From positions 30,814,001 to 30,878,000 of the forward strand of contig CM022665.1 in assembly GCA_012295275.1 (NCBI GenBank): a stretch of 64,000 nt of DNA, in the 5' to 3' direction. Shown here piece after piece: positions 1-15,300 of the stretch. The notes beneath the pieces were generated by a model. The model saw nothing but the letters and a program-made list of their open reading frames with translations. It was not told the DNA's origin and made no database searches. This DNA comes from Chrysomallon squamiferum. Its lineage: Eukaryota; Animalia; Mollusca. The translations under genes were made by a program, and so were the position numbers. How positions within the stretch are numbered: the first letter of the stretch is position 1; every line of letters begins with the position of its first letter.

Positions 1-355
1 TTTATTTTGCATGTCTTATGTTTTTCTCAGTTAATTACAAAGAATTAAAAAACAAGAATTATCAAAGACTTGAAAAGTATTTAATAATACTAATTGAATC
101 AGTATACAAACAGTTTATTTTAACTTTATTTCATTTTTAATGAAAGGTTTTTCTTCAGGTATTTTTTAAAATTTATTTATCAGTGACTTTTTAAATACTC
201 TTTCTATTTCTCTTTTTATTTAAAACATTTGTCTTGTGAATGGATGTTCCATAATAAACTGTTTGTGGCATTTGCTTTTTATTTCATTGTGTTTCTTTAA
301 TATTTTCTTGCTCTCTTTATGTTGATTACTAATAAATATTGCGTTTATCTTGAAG

Positions 356-3300
356 GCTAAACTAGATGAAATGGAAAAATCTGTTGCTAATCCAGATCTG
401 GGTTCAGATCTTCGTGGAGTGAAAACCTTGCTAAAGAAACATCAGGTAACTTCATTTTCATCTGATCATGAAGTATGATTAGTATTAATAAAATTGGACA
501 GTATCATCACAACCAGACGAATCTGATGATGCTAATTACATTCAGGTTTTATTAGATAAATTTTTACATCTGCACAAACAAAAACAGAAATGTTTTATCC
601 ATGTCTTTGGTATATAAATCTGAATACTTAAACTATTTTTCTTTTTCATTTAATACTTTTTCAGAATTAAAATAAATTATGTAAACATCTTTGATTAGGA
701 TTATAAATAACATTTTATTCAGAATTATTTCATTTTTAAATTGAAACTTTAATGGATATTGTTAATGCTTGTTTTTGCAGAATCTGGAAAATGATCTGGA
801 GAACCTATCAGACACAATTAAGACAATTGTTGCTCAAGGCAAGGAGATGGCCAGTGCCGGACACTTCAATTCTGCAGGAATTATCAAAGCAGTTGAAGCC
901 TTCAACACCAGGTCAGTTTATCATTCTAGTGACCTGGATTTAACTCAGTGTTCCAGAACTGAGGGATGAAGGGTCTATCCTCCTTGGTGTGTCTCATTGG
1001 GCTGTTTCCCATTACAAGCAGTGTTTCACAATAGCTTATCAAAAGAGATGGTATGTCTGTCTGTAAAAATATGATATAAAATAATATTGATATTTATTTT
1101 TATCCACAGACAAATATTTGTGTGCATGTTTTGGTGTTGTTTTTTTTCAAATTTTTGTTTGCTTGTTTTTTAATGCATATTTAATAAGAGTATAATACTT
1201 GATAGATTTGAAAAGGTGAAGCCAGCAGTTGCCTTGAGAAAACAGAAGTTACAAGAATCTCTCCAGCTACATCAGTTTGTATTTGATGCTGACAATGAGT
1301 TGCAGTGGATCAAAGAACATGTTCCTTCAGCTTCTTCAACTGAACTTGGCAAAAACCTTGTAGATGCTCAGAAACTGCATAAAAAACACCAGGTACTCTC
1401 ATACATAAAGAAAGCAGAAAACAAATTATGTCCTTGATCAACATAATATAGCAGTGTATTAATGACCACGATTTCCTATCACATACATAAATTAGCATTT
1501 ATGTTCATTATTATATTTTAATGGAAATTGTGTACGAGTGTTTCAGATGCACTCATTATATCTTTTAGAAACATTAAGTGTATATGTGAATAGCATTTAG
1601 CATGTAGCAGTTAAAACAATAAAATATATGTGTTAAATTCTTTTATATAAATACATTAGCTGTATAGTTTATTTCCAAATCAAAACATAATAACATTATT
1701 TTTGTGTATCACTGTTTTATTTAGTTCTAATTACAATTTCACCTCATTTCATAGGATCATGACCGTGTTGTGCAAGGTCACCAGCCAAACATTGAAAAGG
1801 TTCTTGCAACTGGAGATGCCCTGATCAATGAGAAACATTTTGCCTCCAAGGCTATCAAAGACAAGTGTCAGGAATTACAGCTGTCCTGGGATGATCTGCT
1901 AAAGAAAATCAAGTCAAGAAAGAAGAATCTTGATATCTCATTACAAACACAGAAGGTAATAATCCATTAATTTGTAAATAAATGAATGTTAATCATATGT
2001 TAGGTCAGACTGTTTTTACTACATTTAATTACTTACAAGATATCTACTAATGGACATTTTAGTTTAGTTCTGTTGGTCACATTATATGATGGTGTTCTGT
2101 GATGTTGTAAGAATAGCAAAATTTTCAAAAACCAGCTTTGAGTGATCAGACATAGTTTGTTTTAACAAGTACTAAAAATTACATTATTAGTACTCCTGTA
2201 ATTTGCCAATCAGTACATTATATTGGTTGTTTTTAATGCTGAGTACTTGCTTTTTAATCTTTAAAACATTACTACAATAATTTTTTTTTTCTTCACCACA
2301 GAAACAATGAGCAATGTTAAAGTAATTATTTTTTGTGCATTTTGATGTATAGAATTAACTTATTAATTTTTAAAGTCAAAACTGCTTGCTGTGAAAAGTG
2401 AAACTGTTATATTTTTATTTTCCAGTATCTGTCTGAGGTTGCTGAGGTTGAAGCATGGATTAATGACAAAACTTTGCTGGCTTCCAGTACAGACTATGGA
2501 AAAGATGAAAATGCTGCTGACAAAATGCTGGCCAAAAATAAAGTAAGAGCAATTATATGACAATGTATTTTTCAATGAACATATTAATAGTATTGTGTTT
2601 AATTTATATTCATTTGGTATATATTAATGTTAAGCATATATTCTATAGTATTATCCACTTAATTAAACAATTATTGTCATTTCTCTTTTCTGATTTTCTG
2701 ATAGCACTGTAAATATTTTTATATATCTGTATACTCTTTTCTAAGGTGAAAATTTCATTTTAAATATTAAACTAAACATTTTCAAATCTTGTATCTTTTT
2801 TTCCCCTTTTTTTAAAGTTAAAAATGTTATTTTTGTTTAACTAACATTTGCATGCACTATTCTATTGTTTTGCTGTCAGGTTTTGGAGACAGACATACAG
2901 ACATACTCTGTTATTGTTGCCAGTTTAGGCAAAGAATCCAATAGACTGTTCAAGCTTGGTTCTGCTGACCCATCTTTACTCAAGAAAGCTCAGGTAAGTG
3001 TAATAATAATAATAATAATAATAAAAAGAATTAAACAAATGACATATAATAATAATATTCTTCTTCTTAGAAGATACATATATATATATATATACACACA
3101 TACATATATTATGTACTAAGCTGTTTTAAACTATTCAAATCAATAATTTATAGCAAAATCAATATTTTCAAAATTAAACTGACACAATTATTATTATTTC
3201 TTTTCTTATTCATTAACTATGGTTAATTAATCAATTAATTTATTTTATTTATATATTTTATTAATGTCTTTATTATTAATATATTAATTTTTTCATCATT

Positions 3301-6300
3301 GATCAGTTCACTAGTCACTGGTTTTAATTTTTTTATATATATATATATATCACATTGTCTTGTATACACCTAATTACAGATAACACAATAAATTAATGAC
3401 ACATATTTACAGGATCAGCTTCAGGACAATTTGAATGCTCTAAAAAGACAAGCAGCTGAAAGAAGCCGAAATCTCGAGAGATCAAAATGTCTACATGCGT
3501 ACATGCGAGAGAGTGAGGAGTTTGAGGAATGGATAGCTGAACAGATGCAAACAGCAAATTCTGAGGAATATGGATTGGATTTTGAACATGTTCAGGTTTG
3601 TGGAATAAGCATTTTTTAATTATATCTGAAATCAAGATATATCCAAAATTGAAATATCTGGAGTTACTTTTATATTGAATATTTTTATGTATGATTAATT
3701 AATAACAAAATAAACTGGCCATTATCCTGGAATTAAATGGTCATTAATTAACAACAGCATTTTAATATACTAATGATTTATTATTTCCATTTTGTTTTAA
3801 ATCCACATGCATTTGATCACTTAATTTTTGCCCATTTTTGAACCAAATTACAAAATCTATTTCAGATTCTGAAAAATAAATTTGATGAGTTCAAGAGGTC
3901 AGTGGAGGCAGGATCGGAACGCTACAACCGCTGTGAGCGGATGGCAAAAACACTCCTAGATGACAAAGGACCTCACACCATTGAGGTTCAGTTACGACAG
4001 CAAGAACTTAGGTAAACATGGATTCATTTAAATTAACATGTTACTTTTATTTTTACTAACTACAGACATACATTGTGTAAAACAGTAAAAAAAAAAAATG
4101 ATTTTTTATTTTTTTTAAAGCATTTCATTTTAAACGCTTATTAAGATGCATTTGATCTTTTACTAGCATCACCTTATTCATCATGTTTTACATTTGTTAT
4201 CCAAAATTAAAATTTAAACATTAGTTCTGTTCAAACTGTCACAAATTGATCTTTCTAGTGACAAGCTGAATCATACTGCAAGAACAGCCTAAATCATAAA
4301 GATATTTCTATTCTATTCAGTGATATATTGCAAGTTTAGTTGTTTTGTTGACTATATACAATCTTCCTTTTGCAAATATTATGCAATATAATCCAGCATG
4401 TACAGACATTACCATTTTCATAATGGAGACTTAACCTGTTGAAAACATTAGAGCATATAATCATGCAAAACATTATTACCATAATTATTACTGTTAGTTG
4501 TAAAGTTAATTATTTCTTTTTAAAAAGTATTTCTCTATTTATGGCTTCTAGGGATGCGTGGAATACACTCTTGGAACAGATAGAGGCAAGAGACCTAAAA
4601 CTTTCTGGTGCTGAAGAAATCCATCGTTTCAACAAAGATGTAGAAGATGCCTTATCTCGGATTCAGGTTTGTTTTATAAAAAATATAAAAAATTAATATA
4701 ATTCTATATATTTTGTGCTATTGTTTTACTGCAATATACAAAGTTGGTTTTAAATAATAGCCCAACAGTAATATAAGAATATTTAATTTTCAGTTTAAAG
4801 AAGAAAAAAAAAAGTTGCCCACTGATATATAAAAAAAAACCCACAGCTATGCAAATAACCAGAATAATAAAATATTACTCCTTCTAATATTCTGTTAATT
4901 ACCCCTTGTTTAAATGTTTGACCTGTTAAGTCTCCTGACAAAAATAAAATAATAATAAGAAATATAGTAAATTATTTTCTGTTAGTGGTTGTGTTACTTA
5001 ACAACAAGAAAGAATGTAATTGGACAGTTGATGAACGTAAGCCATTATAGACAGTTTATAACTTCTATCCAAACAATCTGCACTGAAAATACAAATGTGG
5101 TGTTAAATTCAACACTCAATATTTTATATTGAAAATAACTACTTCAATAATAATTAACTGTATTTAGTTTTTTATACAAACAGTCTTACATTTAAAATTT
5201 ACTGACATGCTAAAATCTGCAGTTACTAGATGTATATGTAATTAAGTTAGTTATGTATATATATTTAAAAAGAAAAGAAAAAGAACTTGTAAATGCATTA
5301 TCTGCATTATGAAGAGGAATTTATTTGTAATTATGAAGTCAAAACAGTTATATATGAAATCACTTGTGTTTGGTTTTTCAGGAGAAGTATTCCAGCATTC
5401 CTGATGATCTGGGCAGAGACTACAACTCCACTCTGACATACCTGAAAAAACATGAGGCTTTTGAAAATGAACTTGTTGCTCTTGAAGCACAGGTAAGATA
5501 GTCCTGATACTGTCAAATATCTGCATTTGAAATACAACATAAACAACCTGCTAAATGTGTTTGTGTTGTTTTGGTTTTTTTTTTTTTTTTAAATTAAAAT
5601 TATTGTTGTTTTTGATATAGTTGTTATTAATATTATAATAATTATTTCTATTATTATTCTTATTTTTATTACTACTACTACTGTTACTTCTATAATTATC
5701 ACCATTATTTATTCCCATTACTTTTTTTATTTATTGTTATTTATATTCTTGTATATAATGTATTATTATAGTTGATATAATTATTTATTTATTATTATTA
5801 TTATTATTCTTGTTTAATTTAGCTGCAAGTGTTGGTTGATGACTCTGGACGCCTACAGGAAACGTATCCAGGAGAGAATGCAGAACAGATAGCACAGCTA
5901 CAGGAGGCTGTTGTTGACCAGTGGAGTCAGCTACAACAACGTACTGAACAGCGAAAAGAAGAACTTTTGGCTGCAGCAGAACTTCACAAATTTAGTGCTG
6001 CTGTATGTCTGTTGTTGTTGTCTTTTTTTTTTTTTTTTTTTGGGTGTGCCAATATTTTCTTAATTACTTTACTTCATGGATTACCATATATGAAATGGGA
6101 AACATTATTTGAAGGAGGGTGGTTATTCTGGTTTTCAAAATGATTCATGAAGAGAATATTATTCTTATATTTTCTTCACATTCTAATTACTTGTATTATT
6201 ATTATAATTTCAAATGAAATTATTGTTCTAGTTTCAATTGAAATCATTACTTTTAAATTCTCTCCAGGTGAGAGATCTCTTGGGTTGGGCAAAGGAGACC

Positions 6301-9300
6301 GAGAGAGAAATGATGGCTGAGAAACCTGTTCGAGACGTCCAGTCTGCAGATTTACTGTGTAAGAGACATGAAGAGATCCGAGCTGAGATTGAGGCTCGAG
6401 ACAGCAGCTTTGAGACTGTCATTCAGACAGGAAATAACTTGATAGAAGCAGACCATTATGCTAAAGATGAGGTAAAGAAATTGTTGCCAGATTATTTTAC
6501 TATTTTTTATTATTTTATGAAGGTAGTTTTCACTTATCAGTTTCTCACTGAATAATAATTTTAGATATTTGTTGATAAGAAAATGTTTACATTTTCAGGA
6601 ATTATTAAAAAACAGTTTGGGATTATCTTCACTTGAAGAATTACTTAATACAGACAGAATGAAATTTTATTTGTTTTATTTTTCCATTTTGTAAAATGCC
6701 AATAATATTAAAATATGCAATTTTTTTTAATGTTTTGTTTCTAACAGGCTTAAATTAAAAAAAAAATAAAAATATTAAAACAATTAATTGATTATTATTT
6801 TATTATTAAATTAATTTATTTCCTGTTATAATAATAATAATAATATTTTTATTAGCTATATAAAATTTTCCTGTTATAATTTTAGCTATATAAAATCTAT
6901 AATTTTAAAATCAATGTAATTTCAGATAAAGGACAAGGTGCAGATAGTTAGAGATCAAAGGGACAAGCTGATCTTCATGTGGAAGGAAAGAAAAGACTTC
7001 TATGACCAAATATATGATGTACAGATTTTCTTCAGAGATGCAGAACAACTGAACACTCTAAGTTCATCACAAGAGGTTAGTGTTCTGATAAATATTTAGT
7101 GTTTTTTTGTCTGTTACTACAGTTCATTGTAAGTGATTTTAAGCATGACCATCTTGGACAGATATCATTAATTTGTTAGCTTTCCTTTTTAATGGGAACA
7201 AATATGTTACCTGATTTGGGTTTTTTTTTTTCAAATGCACTATTTAAACATTATAAATATAAATAATTTAATGCAGATAAAAAACAAACCAACCCAGTAA
7301 AGTAAGATCATATTGCTGATTCAAGAATCACTATACAAAGTATTATCTTTTTATTATTATATTTTACTCTTTGAAAATATAATTTATTCTTAGAAATAAT
7401 CTAGGTTGAATATGAAAATATACAGACTTGCATTGCTGACAGGAATTATAATCTCAGCATAAAGTGTTGTCTGTGGTATTTAAAATGTTTCTGTGTTTTT
7501 CAGGTCTACCTAAGTGGACAGGACTTTGGTGACAATGTTGAACACATTGAGGCTTTAATGAGAAAACATGAAGCTTTTGAGAAAGTGCTTGAAGCTCAAG
7601 ATGAAAAGGTTAACTTTATAATTTTGTTTTCTTTCAGTTTCTTTGACATCACTATTTAAATCTATTTTGTTGTTGCTATGTTATATCTATTTCAGATTAG
7701 TGCCACAAAATTCATTAAATATTATAGTGGGTGCTTTAATGCCTATGATAGTGTTTATCAAATTTATTTTAGTATTCCATTTGTTTTGGTTTTCATTTGC
7801 AGTTGTCATCTCTGTGTGAACATGGTAAACAGTTGATTGGTGATAATCACATAGAGTCTGAGAAAATAAAAAAGACAGTGTCTGATGTCATAGCCAGGTG
7901 TGTGTATCATAATTAAAAACTGCTGGAAATAAAGAAAATAGAAACTTAATCTTTACAGAATAAAACAGTTAACACAGAATGATTATGCTTAGTTTAGGAA
8001 AGACATCTGATGTAAATATTTTCAAAATAATGCTTTAAAGTGGAAATTAGAGATAAAGCATTAGGAATTTTCTTTTGATATTAGTTCTTAATATTAATTT
8101 TATTAATCTGAATTTTATAAATATACTAATAAGTCTAGTTTGTGCCCAGATTAAAAAACATGAAAAAAATGGAATTATTTCTGGTATTTGAAATATGCAT
8201 AATATTGTAAATATTTTCTTTCAGACGAGCCCAAGTCAAAGAAAAAAGTAAATTGAGAAAACAGCAGCTATCAGATGCACTATTGTATGCTCAGTTCCAG
8301 AGGGACAGGATTGAGGTACTACTGTTACTTCACTGAGAAAATTTGAGAACAAAACGTCCTTCAAGCTAAACATGTCACATGCTGTTTCTACATATGTCAT
8401 TAATAGAATGAAATAGAATATACTTGAGCAGTTATTTCAGTAGTTGTTATTAGACTAATTACTGATTAAAAATTCATTTTGCAGTGAAATAAACGGACAT
8501 AAAGTCATCAGCAAATGAACAATTAACTAACTTACGTTCATTTAACTAATAAATATGTTCAACTGTAGGTTGAAGGGTGGATTGATGACAAGTTGAAGAT
8601 TGCCTATGAAGATGACTTCCAAGATGTCACTGATCTCATTGACAAGATGAAGAAACTTCAGAAACATCAGGCTTTTGAGGCAGAGATTTTTGCCAACACT
8701 GACAGAATCAAACAAACCAAAGAGGTCAGAATTTGGAGATGGATATAGTTTTATACAAAAAGGATTAAATTTTTGTCTGTTAGAAATATGTTTAAAAGTT
8801 ATCATGTTGGAAGTCTGTGTCATAATATTATGTCATTTATTTACCTGATATCAGTATTAGTTAAATTGTGAAATTATCAAAGTTTCTAAAGATGGCATTA
8901 GAATGTTCAAAAACTTTGAGGACTGATTTTAAGGGCTTTAAATTGTTTTATTTCCCCAAATACTACATATGTAATCACATGATGTTACATGAGAAAAGAA
9001 ACAGAAAATAAAATTGGGAAAGACAATAACGCTTATCTCAGACATACAAAAGTTTGCAAAACTTAACAAAAAACCCAACAAACACATAATATATTACAGT
9101 TTAATAAAATATCAAATATTTTAATTAATTGAAATAAATAAAAATAAATCTGTCTGTTTCATTGAGATATTTTTGTGATCTGTTTCAGGTTGGTGATCTG
9201 CTGGTGAAGAAGAAACATCCTGCACAGAAAGAGATACAACAGAATACTGAAAGACTCATGGCCAAGTGGAATGAACTCTTACATGCTTCAGCCAATAGAG

Positions 9301-12300
9301 GGCGTGGTTTAGGTGAAGCTAGAGACATATTAGAGTTCAATGAACAGGCAGATAAAGTGGAGACGTGGATTAGAGAAAAAGTAGGACATTATATATTTTA
9401 AATAATTGTTTCAAAAAACAAATTTAATAATTTAGAGACAAAATAATAAAGTATTAATCCAATTTAATAATTGTTAAATATATGTATATTGTTTATAATT
9501 TATTATATTTGTGCATGAAACAGCTCAAAATAAGTTTTTCAAATAAAAATTTGGATGATTTGGTTTACATTTTTCAAGAATCTTAAAAGAACTGAAACTA
9601 GGACATAAATATAGTTATGGCAGCTTAAACAACAGCAACAGAAAAAAAAAAAATTAATAAATAAAATAATAAATAAATAAATATTTTCATAAAATGTATT
9701 CATTATAATGAAGACATTTTCATAGATATCATATTACTGGAAGTGTACATTAACCAGTTTATTTTGGTCTAACAGGAAAGTTTGATCAGTCAAGGAAACC
9801 TGGGAAAGGATTATGAACATTGTCTGGAACTTCAGAAAAAAGTCAATGACCAAGAGTCTGCAGTAAGTTTTGTTTAATGTTTTGATGTTAGTGTTTATAT
9901 ATGTATGTGTGTATGATATTTCAAGCTATTTTCAGAAAAGTATTTTTTTTGTTGACACAATTGTTACATTACCTGAAAGTTCTGCCCATATCATTTTCTT
10001 ATTTAGATGGACATTTTTCTTTCAAAAATTTCAAATAGGAAAGTGTTTGACTGTTCATTCTTGAGGAATCCTTGGTTCCAAGAATAATGGAAGCTGAATT
10101 AACTATTACATATATATTCTGATCTTCACATTTTTATAAATACTTTGAGAAATTTCTATTTACTGTTTTTCTGCAGAATGTATCTGAGCTGTAATGAAAC
10201 TACTTCTGTTTGTTTCAGGGTATCACTGTAGATGAAAAACGTATCAAGGCTATCAATGATTTGGCAGACAGATTAGTGTCACAAGGAAGAACAGACACAC
10301 AGGCTGTTAAAAAGAAGAGAGATAACATGAACCACAAGTGAGTTTGTTTTCAGATATTCAGATTTGATGTCAGTTGACATAAAACTGTATGTTTTTCTAG
10401 AAGAGACTACAGTAATGTTTGGAAAATGAATCATGTATTGTCATAAAAATAAATATGGATATTCTTATTGAACTTTCCTTTGGTGTGAGTTAAAGATGTC
10501 TTCTTTAATTTGATACTTTACATTAATTCTTGTTTCTTTAAAAATAAATTTATTTCATAATAATAATATTTAACTTTCATGATGTATTCAAAATAAATGG
10601 TATGGTCTTGGTATATTTTTCTTTTCTTGGAAACATTTAAGTTGATTAAATATTGCCACTGTATTAATATATTTTTTATATATTTTTTTAAATTAAAGAT
10701 GGAGAAGTCTTCAGGGAGAGCTGAACAACTACAAATCTAAACTTGCTGCTGCACTAGAGTTGCATGCTTTCAATCGAGATGTTGATGACTTCAATGACCG
10801 TGTACATGAAAAGTCCACCCTTCTATCTGTACAAGATCTTGGCAAAGACCTGGCTGGAGTTCAGGCTCTTCAGCGCAAACAGGAAGACATTGAGAGAGAC
10901 ATGTCAGCCCTGCAGAACCAGCTAGAGGTAACTGAATTTCTTAACTAAAATATAATATATTGATTTGTGTAATACAGATAAACATCTCCTTTATTTAAAT
11001 ATTTAAAATTATTTAACACAGACAAAAGAATAGTCCAACTTAAATATTCATTTGTTTTTCTTCTTGTTTTGCATAAACCTGTGTACTATAAACATTGTCT
11101 ATATCTGGTCAAAAATTAAAACAGGAACAGTTTTACAAATGTATCTCTGTTTTTATTATGTATTTTGTTCTTCAAGTGTAGAAACTGAAGTTTTATACAT
11201 AAAGAGAATTACTGTTATTTTGAATATTTTTGAATACATATACACTGATAGCCTAAACACTACACAAACTAAAGGAATTTAAGTTTAGAAAATTGGATTT
11301 GTTCTTTGTACAGAAAAAATACTTATTTCTTGCAGAAAATTGAGACAACTGCATCTAAGCTGATGCACAAGAATCGTGACATGGCTAAATCGATTGAAGA
11401 AAAGAAACAAGAAGCTGAAGACAACTGGGAGAAATTGGAAGAGTTGTCTGACTTTAGGTTTGAATTCTCCTAATATACAAAAACTATATTTAACTGACAA
11501 AATAATTCAGTGTTAAATGAATGACAAATTATATTGTCCAATCTGATGTGTTAAAATGTCTTTTTAGTCTTTGGCTTTTAAAAATATGAATAGAAAATAA
11601 ATAAGATATATAGTGGATTGAAAATACAATTCATTTAATGGTGGATGCTGAAATCATACACCTATCTATTAGTCATTAACAAAAGGTAATGAAACTTCCT
11701 TTGATTAAATTAAACCAAACTTGTTAGTAAATGAATAAATTATCTTTGGTTGAAACAAAGCAGATTGCTTTTTCTTTTAGAAAAACCAAGCTTGCTGAAT
11801 CATATCAACTGCAGAAATTCCTAGCTGATGCAAAGGAATTGGTGAGTAAACTAAAATCTGAAGAAAAACCCCGTATTTTTTCAGTATTAACATATTTATT
11901 TATCTATCTTATTTTAGATTTCAATTTTGTTTTGTTTTGTTTTGAATATAACATTTTATTATTAAAAAATGCAAGAAGATCTGGTTACATTGATGAGTCT
12001 GTGTAAGAAGTGTATAACATTAAGACTCAAATTTGTTTTAATATTATTATTATGTTTTCTAAGGCTCTTGTAATTGTAGAAGTACTTAATAGTTTAAATT
12101 AATGGGGTTTCTCTGTCTTCAGATGACATGGTCCAGTGAGATGATACGTAGAATGAACTCTGGTGATTTGGCTAAGGATGTCACAGAAGCTGAAAACTTA
12201 CTACAAATGCACCATGAGAGAAAGGTAAAATATAATTTCTTATGTTAGTAGCATTTTGTTGATGACTTGAAACCAAATAGAAACTTTGGGCAGAATGAAT

Positions 12301-15300
12301 AATAATAATGAGAAAATGATGATGACTACAAAAGATCATCTGATGTATAGTTGTATATTAAAATAATACATAAAACAATGGTAAAATATTTACATTAATA
12401 TGTAGTAACAACAACAACAAAAATATTGAAAATCAAATACATTAAATTGTATTTCTTTGGATTTTGTTTATTTTCAAAGACCTGTTAAACCAAAAAAAAA
12501 AATATAAAATTAATAAAATTAAAAGATAGTTACAGAGTCAAAAAGATATGTCACATTATAATAATAAAAATATTGTTTTGGTTTTTCTTTCTCTTATTTT
12601 GTGTAATTTACATTAATGGATTAACATTTATTTTTAACTTCCATTATTCCACTGTATTCCTTTCTTCTGTAATGGCATTATTGGTTTATTTAGGCTGAAA
12701 TTGATGGACGTAAAGCTCATTTTTCTTCTGTGCGGGAACATGGCATGAACTTGGTGAACAGCAAACATTATGGTATGGATGAAATACAGAAGACAATGAA
12801 ACAGCTAGATACAACCAGACTGGCACTGACTGGTGCCTGGGACAAACGTAATCATCTTCTAACCCAGTGCCATGATCTTCAGGTCTGTTTTCTGTAAAAT
12901 ACATTTACCTGTATGCATACTTCAGTGAAAAAATACTCAGCATGAAATCACTGGATTTTTTCTAAATTTTCAAATAATTTTCTTTTTTTCCCCCACCATT
13001 AACTGATTAGTGGATGTATTTAAATTTAATATTTTGCACATTTTGAAAACTAAATTTAAAAAAATTGATTATTTTTAATCCATTTTGAAATTAATTTGAA
13101 ATGTACAATATTTTGACCTAATGTAGATTATTATCATGTTTTCAGTTGAAGTAAATAGTGAAATGAGAAAATAATAAATGTATTTATCATATTACAAGCC
13201 TAAAGCAGGTCATCAGGATTATGTAGTTGCTTTTTATTATTATTTTTTTATTTCTTATTAATTTAGGTGTTCAAAGAAACAGCAGAACAAAATGAAGCAT
13301 GGCTTGGTACAAAAGAAGCATTTTTGGCAAATGAAGATCTTGGGGTAAGAATAATAACAAAATAATTTTTAAAAACTTTTAAGATTTTTAAAAGAACTTG
13401 TTTTTTAAAAATATGTAAGTAAAAATCTCTGTCTTCACAAGATAATCCATTTTAACCATTCTCTGAGGATATTAATAAAACTTACTTCACCAGAGAATTA
13501 ATGTTTCAGTTTAATTCTTCCTTAGTTTAGTTTATTTTATTTCATTCTGTTTGAGATTTGAAAATACGAAAATAATCTATTTTGATTTCAGAACACCCTG
13601 TACAGTGTTGAGAGTCTGATAAAGAAACACGATGGTTTTGAGAAGACAGTGAAAGCACAGGAAGATCGTATAGAGGACTTGAAGCAGTTTGCACAGGATC
13701 TCTGTGATCAGGAACATTATGCTGCTAAGGAGATTAAAGCTTGTTGTCAGAAAGTCCTCAATCGCAGTAACAAGATGTGGGAAGTTTCTCATGCCAGGAG
13801 AAAGAAGCTGGAGGACTCTAAGAATTATCAGCTTTTCCTGAGAAAAATATATGAGGTAAAACATGATGTAGAGTAACCAGAAATTTTGCACTGTGGCAAA
13901 ACAAGCAGGTTTAATAACTCATTTGAATAATTTTTATTGTTTAAATGTATAACTGAATATAGCTGAATATTATATATATACAAAAGTTAGGCAGAAAGAT
14001 TTTAACAGATCTTCTGTTCACTTTCTTTCTTTGAGCCTGTATCACTTTACTATGTTTGAAAAAAACATTCTTTTTGTTTTTTCACTGTCATATTTATTCA
14101 TTCTTTTTTACCTGTTAACTGATGTATTCATAAACTCTCTCTTTTCATATTTACACACATACATAACATTTGCACAAATATATACATAAATTTTTTCTTG
14201 TTTTTTTTAAAGGTTTCAGGCTGGATCAATGAAAAGCTGCAAGTTGCCTTGGATGAATCATATCGTGATCCAACTAACTTACAGGCCAAGTTACAGAAAC
14301 ATCAGGCATTTGAGGCTGAACTGACTGCCAACAGAAACAGAGTGGATGCAGTTGTACAGGTAGATAAGTTCATCCTCATAGTGCATTTTATACTAGCTAA
14401 TAAGATTAAATTTTTAATTTAATTATTTTTCAGTAATTTATGATGTTTAAGAAAGAAAGATCAAAATTCAAATTCATAAGATATGCATTGTTTTTTTATA
14501 TAGAAATAATTTTTTCCACTGAAATATAATCTAGAATAGAATATTATGAGGTATTGTCAGTACCAGCAGATAAAAATGAATTAAATATGTATGCCACATA
14601 TTTTTATTACCATGAACCTTTTTTTCATTATGATAAAACTATTTTCATACTGAAAGTTACAAAACTACTTACAGAACTGGAACAATATCCTGAAATTTTT
14701 CTGAAATCCTTGATTTTTACTAGCAGTACAAATAAAATGATTTGTAATTGTAGGATGGCCAAGTCTTGCTGGATGAAAAACACTATGCCACAGCAGACAT
14801 CAAGAAGAGATTGGAGGAGATAGAACTGAGCTGGCAGGCACTGATGGCTGCAAGTGCAGAGAAAAAAGATCATCTGCAAGATGCCTACCAGGCATTGTTG
14901 TTCAACCGTGTTGTTGATGACCTCACAGAATGGATGGATGATGTTGAGAACCAACTTAGTTCAGAAGATCATGGGAAGGATTTGACATCTGTGAACAGTT
15001 TAGTGAAAAAACATCAGGTAACTGATGTTTAGAATTGTGATACATTTGAAATACAATAAAGGAACATATAAGTACTCACATAAAAAGAAAACATTATTTA
15101 AAAAAAAAAAAAAAGGTTTTTTGCTTATTTAATAAAACAAAATGTAAGTGAAATCAAACTACTAATTGGGATGGCTTTTTATCTTCATGCTTATCGTTTA
15201 ATTACTGGACCGCAAGAATAAAACATTGTTTATTTTATGAACTGAGGGTCTGGCAAAATAAATATGATATTACAATTCTTTAAACTAATAAAACAACGTC

